Shown here in pieces: positions 26,229-39,780 of a DNA stretch of 64,000 nt (the stretch's first letter is position 1; every line of letters begins with the position of its first letter). Both the position numbers and the translations under genes were made by a program. This stretch comes from Takakia lepidozioides (lineage: Eukaryota; Plantae; Bryophyta). The notes below the pieces were generated by a model. It ran no database searches and was not told where the DNA came from. It saw only the letters and a list, made by a program, of their open reading frames with translations. The stretch covers positions 37,014,001-37,078,000 of the forward strand of contig CM060731.1 of NCBI GenBank assembly GCA_030704615.1, given 5' to 3'.

Positions 26229-27091
26229 TGTTCGGTTGGGATGTAGCAATTAAAAGGCATGATTCTGTTGGTGAACTTCTTCTCAATTCTCAACTGAATT
26301 TTGCACGTGCCCTGCCAGAATGCAGCCTGCATCAACCACAGCTTTAGGATTTTAAAATGTCCTTGTTTACATGCCCAAGTGGCCGAGATCCGTGGAGTGG
26401 GGCTCATGCACTTAATGTGGAGACACGGGGGATCCGCGCTTCGGTCAATCTCCGTTGAAGGCAAAGAATTTGACAGAATTAGCGTGAACGAAAATTCTCA
26501 CAGTTCATAAATACACTACCTTACTATGTCGCTCGAAATGGAGAAAGTTGGGGGACAGTTACAATAAGACTCATCAATCGAGCACGAGATGGAGTGTGTT
26601 TGTGCTGAATCTGCTGATGTGCTTTGTGTCCCAAGTCAAGGATCACGTATCCACCAGATTCCTACACCTTGAAAACAACCCCGAACAAAAAAGGACCTTG
26701 AAACAATACCTTCTTCCTCACTAATGTCGTTTTCTGAGGTGGGTTCACTTAGAAAGCAAAGTAACAAGGTCGTCTGACAGTGAAGTACGAAGGACTTCTA
26801 CGTTGGCGCGAGAAAATAAGTTTTAAACTAAGGAAAAAAGAAAAGAGAAGTAGAAGACGAGATTCCCACCGTACATGTGTTGCAGCTTGTTTCGAGGAGT
26901 GAAAATCATGGGTGGCAGACCAACCCGTGATTCGAGTTGGCGTCTGGGGATTGAAGACAGGCTTGTCTCCAGCAGAGAGACACACAGAGAGAAAGAAGGA
27001 GAGGTACTCGTGGGGTCTGCTTTCTTATTGAGAGGGAGAGGGAGAGGGAGAGAGAGAGAGGACCTCGAGCGCCGACCTATGTGTGAGTGAG

Positions 27092-30000
27092 ATGGTGTCT
27101 GAGATGAGGAATAAACGGAGTAGGAGCGTCGTCTCGTACTTGCCTCTGTTGCTGGTGCTTCTAGTGTGGGGCAGTGGGTTGTGGGTTGGTGTTAGAGGTC
27201 AGCTGAGCTCAGAAATGACGGCCCTGTTGGCCTTCAAGGAGGGGCTGACAGGGCAGCAGCTGGAGGACCCGCTCTCCAATTGGGTCTCCGCTGATAGTTC
27301 TCCTTGCAACTGGACTGGGGTTTCTTGCAATGCCAACGGGACCCAAGTCATCAGTCTCAAACTGAGTGCAGTGGGGCTCTCAGGGACAATTTCTTCCATT
27401 CTGGGATCCATCTCCAACTTGCAATACATCGACCTGAGTTTGAACAGTCTGTCTGGAAGCATACCTCCCCAGATAGGAAATCTTCTTAATTTACAGTACC
27501 TTGATCTCAGCCAAAACTCGTACATCAATGGCACCATACCTCTAGAGCTCTTCACCCTTCCCAATTTGCAGTACCTAGATTTGAGCTCCAATAGCATCTT
27601 TGGAAACCTTCCTTCTCAGATTGGTAGCTTGATAAATTTGCAGACGCTGATTCTAGCTGAAAATTCTTTCACAGGGAATATCCCTCAACAGGTTGGGGGT
27701 CTAGTCAAGTTAGAAATTCTCGATTTTTCGACCAACTCTTTTTTCGGCGTCGTCCCTCCGCAGGTCATACACTTGGTGAATCTCCAGTATCTAGATTTTC
27801 GTAGCAATTCGCTCTCAGGAGACCTCCCAGCTGTTCAATCCATGTCTAAGCTTCAGCACCTTGATCTGAGTAATAATGTTTTCTCTGGTTTCATCCCTCC
27901 ACTGATGGGCACCCTTTCCAGTGTAACTTTACTCGACTTGAGCAACAATTCTTTGTCGGGCACCATACCATTGGCGATTTGGAGCATGACGACGCTGGTA
28001 GAACTCGACCTTGGGACGAATGACTTGACGGGGGACATCCCCATGGAAGTCGGTAACCTAGTGAACCTGACGAGCTTGTCTCTCGGGAATAGTCATCTCA
28101 CAGGGCCCATCCCTCCAGAACTATCCAAGTGTAGCGGGTTGCAGAAGCTGGATCTGGGCACTAACGACTTCTCAGGCACGATTCCAGCCTCGTTTGGGGA
28201 ACTGAAGCAGTTGGTGACTCTAAATCTGCCAAGCATTAAAATCAATGGGTCCATACCTGCTTCCATCTGCAACTGCAGCAGCCTGGAGGTCAGTGCCTTT
28301 TCCTAAAATTTCCAAGTTTGTCATCTGTGCATGGAACAAGCCTACTGACATTTGAGGTCGTCTTATTACGTTTCTTTCTAACGATCCGCCCATATGTTAA
28401 CATACTGTGCATGCATGTGTTTGAAACTCCGAGATCTCGAACATTCGACCTCCAAATTAAAACAGAAGAAGATCTTCACATACATGTGCACTTCTGAGCA
28501 CAATTTATACTTTAGCATGTGTAGATGTATAGAGCCTCAAGTGAGATTGGATCCATGAATAGACGATGTGTAATCAATTGGGTTTAGCTTACGATTTTCC
28601 ATGCGGAACCAGTGTTGCTTGCAAGGTTCCGGAGATGTAGTTTGATGCACAAGCTACTCGCGTATTCTGAAGAGTCCACCCTGTAGCAGTGGCCTTTCCA
28701 TTTGCGATCACCCACTACATACCAATCGTGGACTTTCTTGTTTTTTTCCTGACTGCGATGCCATGCAGGTACTTGACTTGGCATTCAATGCACTGAGTGG
28801 CCCAATTCCGCCGGAGCTGGCTGCCCTTGAAAAGATTATTTCTTTCTCAGTAGAGGGGAATCTGCTTTCAGGTTCAATACCGCCGTGGTTCAGCACCTGG
28901 CAGAATGTGACCACGCTGCTTCTCTCAACAAACCAGTTCACCGGCAGCATCCCTCCCGAGCTTGGCGACTGTCCTAAACTCAGCCAACTCACCCTCGACG
29001 ATAATCTTCTATCAGGACTCATTCCCCCGGAGCTTTGCAATGCCATCAACCTTGACACAGTGATACTCACTAAGAACTACCTGACAGGCAACATCACCGA
29101 AACCTTTCAGAGATGCAGTAACTTGTCACAGATAGACCTCGCATCAAATCGATTATCGGGTCCCATTCCTCCCTACCTGGCCGATCTTCCAAAGTTGATG
29201 ATGGTGTCTCTTGGCGGGAACAACTTCTCCGGAATTTTGCCAGACTCCCTGTGGAGCTCGAAAACGTTGGTTGAGATTCAGCTAGATTACAACAATATAA
29301 GTGGAACCCTGTCCCCGTTAGTGGGGAATCTCTCAACTTTGGAGTACCTGGTTCTCGACAAGAACAATCTTGAAGGGCCGATTCCTCGGGAGATAGGAAA
29401 GCTTTTGAATTTGACAGTGCTTTCCATGGACGGCAACAATCTGAGCGGGGAAATCCCCGTGGAGCTGTGTAACTGTGTCCAACTCACCACTCTTAATCTT
29501 GGCAACAACTCTCTCACTGGACCCATTCCCACTCAGATAGGGGAGCTCATAAATCTCGACTACCTAGTGCTGTCACACAACGGCCTCACCGGGCAGATCC
29601 CCTCAGAGATCTCCGCTGATTTCCAGCAAGTTGCGGTCCCAGTCTCAAGCTTTCTGCAGCATCGTGGAACTCTGGATCTTTCTTACAACCGTCTCTCAGG
29701 CAGCATTCCGCCAGAGATGAGTGACTGCGCAGTGCTAGTTGAGCTGCTGCTAGCGGGCAATGAGCTCACGGGAACAATTCCCCCAGAGCTCCTCAGGCTT
29801 ACGAATTTGACTACTCTGGATTTGTCATGCAATAAGCTCAGTGGGAGCATCCCTCCACAGCTTGGAGAGTCCCGCAGGCTACAGGGCCTCATGTTGGCCT
29901 ATAACAATTTGACGGGCTCGATTCCCGCAGAGCTGGGCGACATTTCGAGTCTGGTGAAGCTTAATCTGACTGGCAACCTGCTGTCCGGACCCATTCCTGA

Positions 30001-31672
30001 TAGGCTGGGAAACTTGTCTGGCCTGTCTCACCTGGATGTGAGCTGCAACTATCTCAGTGGGGACATCCCTTCCTCCCTGTCAAATCTGGTCTCTGCGGTG
30101 GGTTTGAACTTGCAGCAGAACGCGTTTACAGGGAGCATTGCTGCACTTTTATCGGAAAGCACGGTCTGGCATCAATTGCAATCTCTCAACCTCAGCCACA
30201 ATTCCTTTTCTGGTGATATTCCTACGACCATTGGCGATCTTTCGGGTCTCTCTTACCTCGACTTGCGGAATAACCAATTTACAGGAGAAATTCCTACCCA
30301 GCTGGAGGATCTGGTGCAGCTGATGTATCTGGATCTTGCAGACAACCATCTTAGTGGAAATTTTCCTGGAAATCTCTGTAACCTTATGGAACTCAGCTTT
30401 CTTAATGTCTCCAGTAATTCAATTGTTGGCTCCATTCCAAACAGGGGCGTCTGTCAGACCTTTACTGCGTCGTCGTTCCTTGCGAACCCCGGGCTCTGTG
30501 GCACTGCAGTTCACATTGGCTGCCCTTCAGCTAGGCAATTTTATCCGTTGAGCATTGGGGCAATTTTGGGTATTGTGCTTGGAAGCACCATTGCCCTACT
30601 TAGTGTGGTATTCGTTGCATTGAGACTGAGGATACTGAAGAAAGAAGTGGAGGCCAAGGACAATGAAACGGCAAAGCTTACTATGATGATGGAGTCAGGG
30701 GAGTGTATGACGATGAGCAAGATGAAGGAGCCGTTGAGCATCAATGTGGCGATGTTTGAGCGGCCCCTGCTGAGGCTGACTCTTGCAGATGTTTTGCAAG
30801 CCACCAATGGTTTTTGCAAAACCAACATCGTTGGAGATGGAGGATTTGGTACAGTCTACAAGGCTGTTCTCCCCGATGGAAGGATTGTGGCGATTAAGAA
30901 GCTTGGGCATCATGCCCGCTCGCAAGGCAATCGAGAGTTTCTGGCTGAGATGGAGACATTGGGGAAGGTGAAGCACTCCAATCTGGTTCCTTTGCTGGGG
31001 TACTGTTCGTTCGGGGAGGAGAAACTGCTGGTTTATGAGTACATGTCGAATGGAAGCCTTGATCTGTGGCTCCGTAACCGTGCTGACGCCCTTGAAGTTC
31101 TAGACTGGCCCAAGCGATTCAGGATTATCATGGGTTCTGCTCGGGGTCTCTGCTTTCTTCATCATGGATTCATTCCGCACGTCATTCATCGTGACATGAA
31201 AGCAAGCAATATTCTCTTGGATGCAGATTTTGAGCCTCGGGTGGCAGACTTCGGTCTGGCCCGGCTCATCAGTGCCTGCGAGACCCACGTCAGCACTGAC
31301 ATTGCAGGGACATTCGGCTATATTCCTCCTGAGTATGGACAGAGCTGGCGGTCAACCACTCGCGGGGATGTGTACAGCTATGGAGTCATCTTGTTGGAGC
31401 TTCTGACTGGCAAAGAGCCCACGGGCGTAGACTTTAAGGACATTGAGGGCGGCAACTTGGTTGGTTGGGTGCGCCAGATGATAAAGAAGGGGGACGCTCC
31501 TGATGCTCTGGATCCCGAGGTGTCCAATGGCCCATGGAAGATGAAGATGCTCAAAGTGCTGCATATCGCCAGCATGTGTACAGCCGAGGAGCCGGTGAAG
31601 CGACCCACCATGCTGCAGGTGGTCAAGTTCCTCAAGGATGTTGAAGCAGCTCAACAACCTCCCATCCTTTAA
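27092..31672 (+). CDS. EMS1: LRR receptor-like kinase EMS1/EXS (LRR-X), ~1366 aa; exons 27092-28288 and 28769-31672
   Basis: Signal peptide, Cys-pair cap, long LRR array, island FQQVAVPVSSFLQHRGTLDLSYNRLSG, TM helix, KEPLSINVAMFERPLLRLTL juxtamembrane, intact RD kinase; phase-0 GT-AG intron of 480 nt. Confidence 0.95.
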
Positions 31673-32644
31673 TCAAAACTAGTCTAGTGCCATCAGGTCA
31701 GTATGATCCCTCAATTGTACTTGAGTTGACTGAACGTACTAGCGTTCTACCTGGTTGTCCACTTACTTCCAATTCTTGTTGGTTCTGTTCAAGCGGCACT
31801 GTTCTCTCTAGGCAATCCTTCGCTTCCATTGATCTAGAGTTTGATACAAACGTAGCAGTTGTCATATGTTAATGTCTGCACGGCAATTCAATGTGCAGGA
31901 CCTCAAACTGAGCTGAAAACCGTCAACCAGGCATACATGTACTGTTAAAAGTAGATATTAAATTCTCTACCTTCGTACCACTGATCAGTCTGACATACTT
32001 ACGGCGAGTCCTTCAAGGGGTCATACCATGGAGGCTTGGGTGGAAATCAACCAAAGCGCATACAGATGCATGAAGGTAAACCGGCCATCCCCTTCAGTCT
32101 CTTAAGTTTGACGAGTGTTTATCACCTGAAAATGAAAATATACGCGTGGAACGTCAGCAAAGGTGGTGAGTAACGTAGAAAGTAACACAGCCGCATCTAG
32201 TTCATTCTGAAGTCTTCAATGGTATTTGCTGTCAAACTGTCTATTTAGTCTTTCTGGTCTACTGCAGCTTAATTACTTGTCCAACTGAGCACTTGTGAAA
32301 ATCTGATGCTATCTCTCTCTCCCTCACACACACCGGCACTCTAAACCTTGGGTACTCACACGAGCATGGTGTCATTTGCAGGACTTTCAAAGCAATCCTT
32401 CAAGCTCTTCGAAAGGAAATCAGCAATCAATTGCTCTTCACTACTTTGCCTAAAATTCTGGGCACACATCACCAACATATAACTTCGATTGTATCTTGCT
32501 CCTTGAGCACGCTACAGCCTGGGGAGCACAGTTCAAACTTTTTTCAAATTAGTATAACTGTAATCTAGGTGCACCTTACATCTTCTTCATACCTGTATAA
32601 CTTCATTACGTGGAGTTCGTAACTTACAGGTCTAGGTGCAAAGG

Positions 32645-32770
32645 TTAGCCGCTTGGACGAGCTAGTGGCTTTGAGGTTGGCTCCAATCTAACCCAGGTTC
32701 GGTGCAGAGGTCGAATTCCTTTTGTCGCCCGGGGCTGATACAGACGGCTATATGTACAATTGTAGATTCT
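32645..32770 (+). mobile_element. Possible degenerate tRNA-derived SINE
   Basis: A-box-like GAGCTAGTGG and B-box-like GGTCGAATTCC; no clear tail or TSD. Confidence 0.25.
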
Positions 32771-34450
32771 CGTTATAGAAGACTAGGTCAATTCCAAGTT
32801 AGTGAAGTACAACCATTCTTCGGATATTCAATCCCAAACATGCCATGTTTTGCAATCATGGTAAATAATGTCTGTTGACCAAGTTTGGAACTACTGTATG
32901 GGGTGATAAAAGCATGTGCACATAGATCTCTGTGTATATGCATCACGTTAAATGTGGCACGTACTGTGGTGCAAATTTCTCTCCAAGGTCGCATTTCGAT
33001 GAAACAAGATTGAGGGGAAATAGATCATGCCTTGAATCCTTGCGGCTGCCTCGGAACTAGACTTCCTCAGATAACCCACGAAAAACTGTGTGTGATTGCA
33101 ACTTGCGCATGCATATACTCACAGTCAGACCTGTGTAGATCTAGCAAAAACAGATTCTATGTGATCCCGAATCCGAGCACTCATGTGTGAGAGCTTCAAA
33201 CTCTCCTGAATATAGTTGGCATCCTCCGCAGGCACCACTGCATAAATTGTCAGAATCCGACCTCGGTTGTTCTCAAGACTTACGCATGTAAGCATAAATG
33301 GATCACCACCTGAGAATGGCAGTGGGAAACAGACACGTAATAAAAGTGATACGTTCAGACGAAGAGGTTTCAGACTACGATGCCCATCCGTCAGACCCTG
33401 TTGATCTAGCACTATGTGCTAAGCCCAATAGACAAGATGATGGGGCACCTGCATGGGCTACTGCCCACTTCTTGAAAGGCCTTGTCTAATATGGTCCAAA
33501 CTCAGGATCATGCAAATGCAAGCTAGCAAAGGAAGATCCAACATATGGAAAGAGAAATGGAGCGGAAGAATCGTCGTGCCACGTCCCAGCCTCTCCAACA
33601 CTAAAGCAACATGAAAACTCTTGAGGTGGTTCAGGACCAGAAGATAATCTTGACGCAGTTCTAGAAAACTTAGCTCTCTGCCCAAGGATCAACCAACGAG
33701 GAACTTACCAGCATCATTGACGAAGGTAAGAAATTACTTATCAATCAGAAGCTGCTGATTCGTATCCGTGACCAAGACAGTTACAAGGAAGTTGCAGCCT
33801 TTTTTGAAGGGCCTTTTTTTAAGGACGTGGCAGAAAGAGAAAAGGAAAAAAGAGAAAAACTTTCATTCCCTTCCCGGAGACGACAAGCCAAATTTTTTTC
33901 GGAGTTTCCAGTGAAATTGCTTGATTTGTGGGACCAGGGGTCATAAGGCCTCCTTGTGCATTTTTGCGAATCAAGTTGGCACACCTGCAGCACCTGTGCG
34001 TGGGGAAATATTCCACAGGGAGCTAATGTGGGGGCACAATGGTATCCGAGCAATAATTCATGTGAATTTTTTCCAATCGGCAAGACAGTAGGTGTTTAAG
34101 GTACTATCTATATAGTTCTATTTCTAGTGTATTTGTCCATCCAAACTATCGAGGAACTTGGTTAAGAACAAAAAAAAATAATTCTGAACAATCCAGACTT
34201 TTATCCTCCTCACCTAATGATGTTTTACTCTATATACTGCAGATCTAACTTCGTTTGATTCTGAATTTGATTCTAGCTCTTGAGCTCAAGGCTCACAAGT
34301 TTCCGGAGAACTTTTTGCAGTTCGATGTTTGTCCTTACACCTATTGACCCATGGATTGGCAAGAACCATGCCTCAGTTTTTTAAATTTTCTTCTTTTGTG
34401 ACGGAAGCAATTGCAACTTTAGTTTCAACTGGTGCTATTGTGGTCTCTCT

Positions 34451-35030
34451 CTTGAGGTGTCTTCAAAAAAATTTCTGCGAAACGAAAATTGAGAAACTAA
34501 AAAATGTGCGAAACTATTTTTAACTGCTCACATAGGCCCTCACAGCAACACTTAAGAAACAAGTAACCTCTATACATGATAAACATGTTACCCTATAGGC
34601 GTGGGATTTCCTGACGCTATGCTCACCCAGTACTAGGCCATTTCCATGATAGACTTGAGAAAAGGGCGCTCAGACTAAAGGTTCTCACATCCCATGGATA
34701 ATTGATTGAGACGAAACTCTCACTCCCGAAACTAGTACTTAATTTCTCAATGCGAAATTAAAACTCTCACTCCGAAACTACTACTTAATTTTAATTTCTC
34801 AATGCGAAATTAAATTTCTCACTCCCGAAACTACTACTTTAATTTTAATTTCTCAATGCGAAATTGAAAGATAGAACAGATAGTTTATCGTTTTGGTGCA
34901 ACTGCACCCTATAAATGTACCGTGCCTCAAAACATGTAACTCCTATGACCGTGGTTTAAAAACATACAACCCCCATGACCGTGGGTTGTGCTCACACCGT
35001 GCTCACGCTCTGCTCACATGATACCAAGCC
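34451..35030. mobile_element. Secondary insertion splitting the DIRS RT, ending in a GTGCTCAC cluster
   Basis: RT motifs stop at ~34450 and resume at ~35035; the right end is homologous to 15315-15388. Confidence 0.6.
34717..34868 (+). repeat. 3 x ~50-bp tandem repeat
   Basis: TCTCACTCCCGAAACTACTACTTAATTT...CTCAATGCGAAATT repeated three times. Confidence 0.9.
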
Positions 35031-36950
35031 CCCTTCCCTTAAACCTTTCTTCTGCTCACCTCTTGGAGTTGTGCCCAAAGCCAATGAAAATTTTCGTTTG
35101 ATTCTTGACCTTAGAGTTCTCAACTCTTTTATTTTTATATAGACCTTCTTTTTTAACACATTACCTCAATAGAATCCATTTGTCACCTCAACGACTATAT
35201 TCTTACTTCCGATCTTAAGTCGGTTGGGGGGCTTGATTTCAAAATCCAGATAATTCTGAGCCACTCCATTTTCACGGGTCTTTTAGTTTTGAACAATCTT
35301 ATGCTTCAACCTCGTCCACTTGGTGAGAATTATTTGCGTTTTTCTCCTTTTTAGATGCTCACGGTCACCTCCTTTCACAATCTTCTGTAGTGGCTAGGGG
35401 TGATTCATTAAACGTCTTTCGCATTACTTTGTCCGGAGGCTCTCGCCATTTACATCCGCATAATCTATGTTTTCAAGATTTTCTTCTTGTTTCAAACACT
35501 ACTAGACTAGCACCCCAGTGGATCCCTAGATCTGAAAATGAATGGGCTCATGATTACCTTTCAGAAATTAAAGAATTCGATAATTTTTCTCTCTCCCCCA
35601 ATAATTTTGCTTTGATCGAATCTAGATGGGGTTCCTACCATGTAGATAGATTAGCTAACCCCTTAAATACTCAACTTCCTAATTCAATTCTTGGCATTGG
35701 GTTAAGGGCAGTACTGTAAGTCCCGATGCTTTCACACATGATTGGAGCCTTACAAATAATTATTGTTTTCCTCCCCCATCCCTAGTTTCTTCAACCCTTA
35801 GGCATGCTTTCCAATGTCATGCTTCTATGTTGGACCTGGTGGTTTTCGAATGGCAATTAGCACCATGGTGGCCTCTCCTGCGTGTCTCCACAGATGTATG
35901 GGTCAATTTTATTACAGAGTTCATTTATTTTCCCAAGGGCGGTGACACACTGGAACAAGTTACGAGCAACATGGATGCTCTAAATTAAAAAAACGTGGTG
36001 TAAAACTAAGAATGTTACTGCCCTACCAATTGATCCATTACTCATATGTCTTTACCTTACTAAATTAACAAACGCATCGAAAACACCTGCTCCGATTCTT
36101 CTTGTCTTTTCCGCAATATTTTTCTTTCATTATATCACTGGTATGTCTTTTCCTACAAACCATCCGTGAGTTCGCATGGCCACAGAAGTGGCCCGTCGAA
36201 CGCTTGGCTCAGGAAGTAATAGAAAGAAACCCATCTTACCTTCAATGATGCGTTCAATCATTCAGAAGCTTGCCCCAGCCAAATGTAACCTCTTAAATCT
36301 TATGATCTAGTGGGTATCAATAACCTTATATTTTACTGGCCACTTCCTTCGTGGGAGCGAAGTCCGTCATTAATTTTCCCTTCACATATGCGGTTTTTTA
36401 TTCAGAAGTCCAAAACTGATCAGTATAGAGCATGCACTTGGGTATTAATTGCACGCATGACCGGTGATTGTTGTCATGTAGCACTGATGGAATGTCTACT
36501 TATGCTAGGAAACTATCAACCATAGATGCAGGTTCTCAAGGTGACCTCTTGCTACGAGGAATTACTGTTAGTAACCAAGAGAAATCTATGTGCTTACGAC
36601 GTTGCGACATCTCTTATTCAACACTTCGGGACTGGTTCAGGTTTTGCCTTGTTGCCATAGGTGAAGATCCGCGAATGTTTGGCACTCATTCTGGTCACGC
36701 TAGTGGTGCCTCTTGAGGGCTGCAAACTCTGAAATCCCTGATAGACTTTTCAAAAGTCATGGAAGATGGAAATCAGAACTGGCAACAGATGCATATGTCA
36801 CCGCTGATTTAGATTATTAGTTATCCGTCGCTAGAACGTTAGGTCTAGGGCCAAATGACGATGTTGATGAGCTTCGATTTGCAAGGTGGGTTGCGCTAGC
36901 TGCAATGGAAGATGGAGAGTTCAAAAGCATAAAGTTATTTCTTATTCAAA

Positions 36951-37040
36951 AAGGCTGCCAGTATTTTTGAACCAACTGCTTCTTCTATCAGTCAAAGGCT
37001 GCCAATATTTTTGAACCAATTGCCTCTTCTACCAATCAAG
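36951..37040 (+). repeat. 2 x 44-bp tandem repeat
   Basis: AAAGGCTGCCA(G/A)TATTTTTGAACCAA... repeated twice. Confidence 0.85.
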
Positions 37041-38414
37041 GTGTATGACGATTCCATTTTTAAGGAAGTCAAATTATGTTACTACAAAATGAAAAATTGT
37101 AACGATTGAAATAAGTAACAATTTAAAGTTCATAGTAAGTAATACATGATTAACTTACAAATTTCGTTTAAAGCTTGCCCTTGGTGGCTGGTAAGGGTGT
37201 TACCCAATCCCTCAAAGATGTAAGCCTTATAGCCTCATGTCCTTGGGTATTTTTTCCATGAGGACTCTTTTATTGATTAAAGGGCTTCCACCCATTTCTC
37301 TTAGAAACTAAAAATTATTGTCAAAGGTTTGTACCAATGACCATTGACCAGGTAGTGGAAAGTGAGAAGGTGCGGAAATGAGATGTAGTTGCTTCGATAT
37401 GATGATAGAGCTTGACTGCAGCGAGATCAACAACTGACCAATTGCTATAAAAGATCTACTGGCGCAACAGAAAACCATGAGGTTGGGTAGCGCGTGAGCT
37501 ACGCTCACGCCGCTGTGGCAAAATGCCCAAAATTCCACAAATATTCCTGAAAAGATGCTATGTCGAAACTAAAATTTGAAAGTTGTGCTCACGGGACCAA
37601 ATTGTGCTCACGTGAGCACAAGGCAGCTAAGTTTGGGCCATAAGCAATATCCGGTCAGTGCCTTTTGCATCAAAAAATTCCGTTGCTTAATACGGGGGAA
37701 TTTAGTTAAGTGCAGGTAACACTCGATTATATCAGCAATACGAGAAACAAGAATGATTTCATTCTGTTTCGCCCACGAAAGCATGGGTTCAAACATTCCG
37801 CAGTAAGCACGAAACAAGTGAAAATTGTTTGTAATGTGTCATTTTGATTGAGCTTGACAAACATTTATGTTCTCTGTTCTCTGTTTTCTATTTTCAATAA
37901 TCAACCAAATAGTCTTACGATATAGGAGACGCACTATCAATGATTTTAGAAATACTAAGGTTTAATTTTAGTGTATAGACTAGAGACTAGGGAATTATGT
38001 GTCATGGGAAGGGGGTACGCACTCTCATTTTCTTCTCTCTCGCTCTTGGGTTCTCCCGCTCTCGGGCTATCGGATTTTCTTGAGTTTCTTCCGTTCTCCG
38101 TTTGTAATGTTGGAGTGCAGTTATGTTCGAATTTTAATTTGTACTGATATTTGTTAGAAATGCATGTAGGTGGAATTATCAAGGCTCATGTATCCGGATA
38201 TTTTGTCTGTTGTTTGTAGAACCTCGAATTGTTTGCCGGCCTTGGTGATTGTGAATTGTGAACTTGGCTCGACGATGGATTTGGTCAAGTTAAAGTGAGT
38301 TTACGCTTTGCAACTGACTTTTACTTTATGCACCTTTTATATACCTCATGCAATGTATTTTATTTTTATACTCTAGTATATATGTAGTACTCACTCCTCT
38401 GAATTTCATTTACA

Positions 38415-39780
38415 GGGACCCGAGTTCATCTATCCCGGGAGTTCAAGCTGAATCCCATTTAAAAGGAGGAGAGTGTCAGATTGGGTTGTTAGTATGGCAG
38501 TCAGGGAAACGAACGATATGGCTGATCTTCCTCTCGTTGTTGAAGGCAACACCGAAGTGTTATGTTTGTCTCAGAATGCCAGAAAGCTCACCGATCCCGC
38601 TGTTGGAGAGAGAGATTATCTACTCGTTGATCAAGGTGGTCTTAGGCCTTGGAAAGACGCTCTAGTCCAAGATTTTATGAAGAAGATGGCGGATGAGTGC
38701 TTACAAATCAAGGAGAGCTCGCTGAGCCTTGTGCCCAAAGAGATTGAGTTTGTGCACGAAGAGATATCGTCCGTGGTTGTGTTTGAGGCTTACAAATTGT
38801 TGGAAGCAGACTTTACACTGATCATGTAATCGATGATGGGCCTAACTGCGAATGCAAAATTCGTGAAATGATTCAGGAATGTCATCACCAAAGCAACAAA
38901 GTTGTATGGATGGAGTTCTTCTGAATCAGACTCTTGGGTACATCAAAAGATTCCATTTGGAATTTTTGTGAAGGCGTTGCGGCTATTATGGGATTCACAA
39001 CGTTCTACCGATACTGGAACGTGGAAAGTGTAGGCGTTGTTGGCTGAAGGGTTGAAATTCTTTGGGGACATTGTGGGTGAGGGTTTGAAGAGCCTTGAGG
39101 AGGACTATGAGGTATGTGCCATGCCAAGTCCAGTGATAGAGGAAACTCTGGAGTCTGGGAATTTGTCGCATGCGCTAGGGCTCAGGCTCGACAGAAATGG
39201 CTACAAACATCCCTTCTCTCCTATTGTTTCAAAAGTAGTGAAAGAGGCCGCTATGGCTCTGTATTCCAGAGTATTATCGACTGATTACACGAAAGTATTT
39301 TCAAATGACTTTTTTGAATTTTCAATGTTTTGTTACTACTTAAAGCATAGTTACTACAAATCTCAATGGATTAATTGATTTTTATGGTATTGTACTGTGC
39401 GTAACAGGATATCCGACATATTGCGGTGATGGATAAAGTCAAACTTGAGATTCTAGATATTCAAAAAAGAAGAAAACGAAGGTGGACTTTGATGATGTAA
39501 GTAAAACTACTTGTTGAATTGAAACGGTTTTTCATTTTGTTGCTATTATTGATTTTAACTACTATTACGATATTGTGGTTTTGTAGGATGGAGAGCTGTT
39601 GCTTGCATTTGATTCTACGAATGACTCTTTGGACAAAAGTCTGTTGCCAACAAACTCTGGGCTCTGGGAAAGTTAGGGCGCTTGCACCCAATGGGGGCAG
39701 TGGAGACCAGCGGGCAGAAAGTACTATTCCAAAATTTCTTGACTTATGCTCAAGTAGATACACACTTACAAACAGTTTCT
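38415..39780 (+). pseudogene. Degraded multi-exon ORF of unknown, probably TE-associated function, lying just left of the CACTA element
   Basis: ORFs 38473-38829 and 39037-39378 share a frame but are separated by stops; short AT-rich GT-AG introns; coding-like sequence appears to resume after 46382. Confidence 0.4.

Larger units (their letters stand above)
33300..36850 (+). mobile_element. Degenerate DIRS/PAT-like tyrosine-recombinase retrotransposon (gag-RT-RNaseH-MT-YR)
   Basis: gag-like IIDEGKKLLINQKLLIRIRD; RT FVTEAIATLVSTGAI and SPLGVVPKANENFRLILDL; RNase H WIPRSENEWAHDYLS; MT-like WGSYHVDRLA..NTQLP, DAFTHDW, YCFPP; YR FLRGSEV, KSKTDQ, FGTHSG, HGRWKS..DAYV; many stops and frameshifts. 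Confidence 0.88.

Noticed and set aside
27199-31657. Many antisense and alternative-frame ORFs over EMS1 (also over gag-pol, COMMD3 and HAD)
   Set aside because: Shadow ORFs caused by codon periodicity of the real genes
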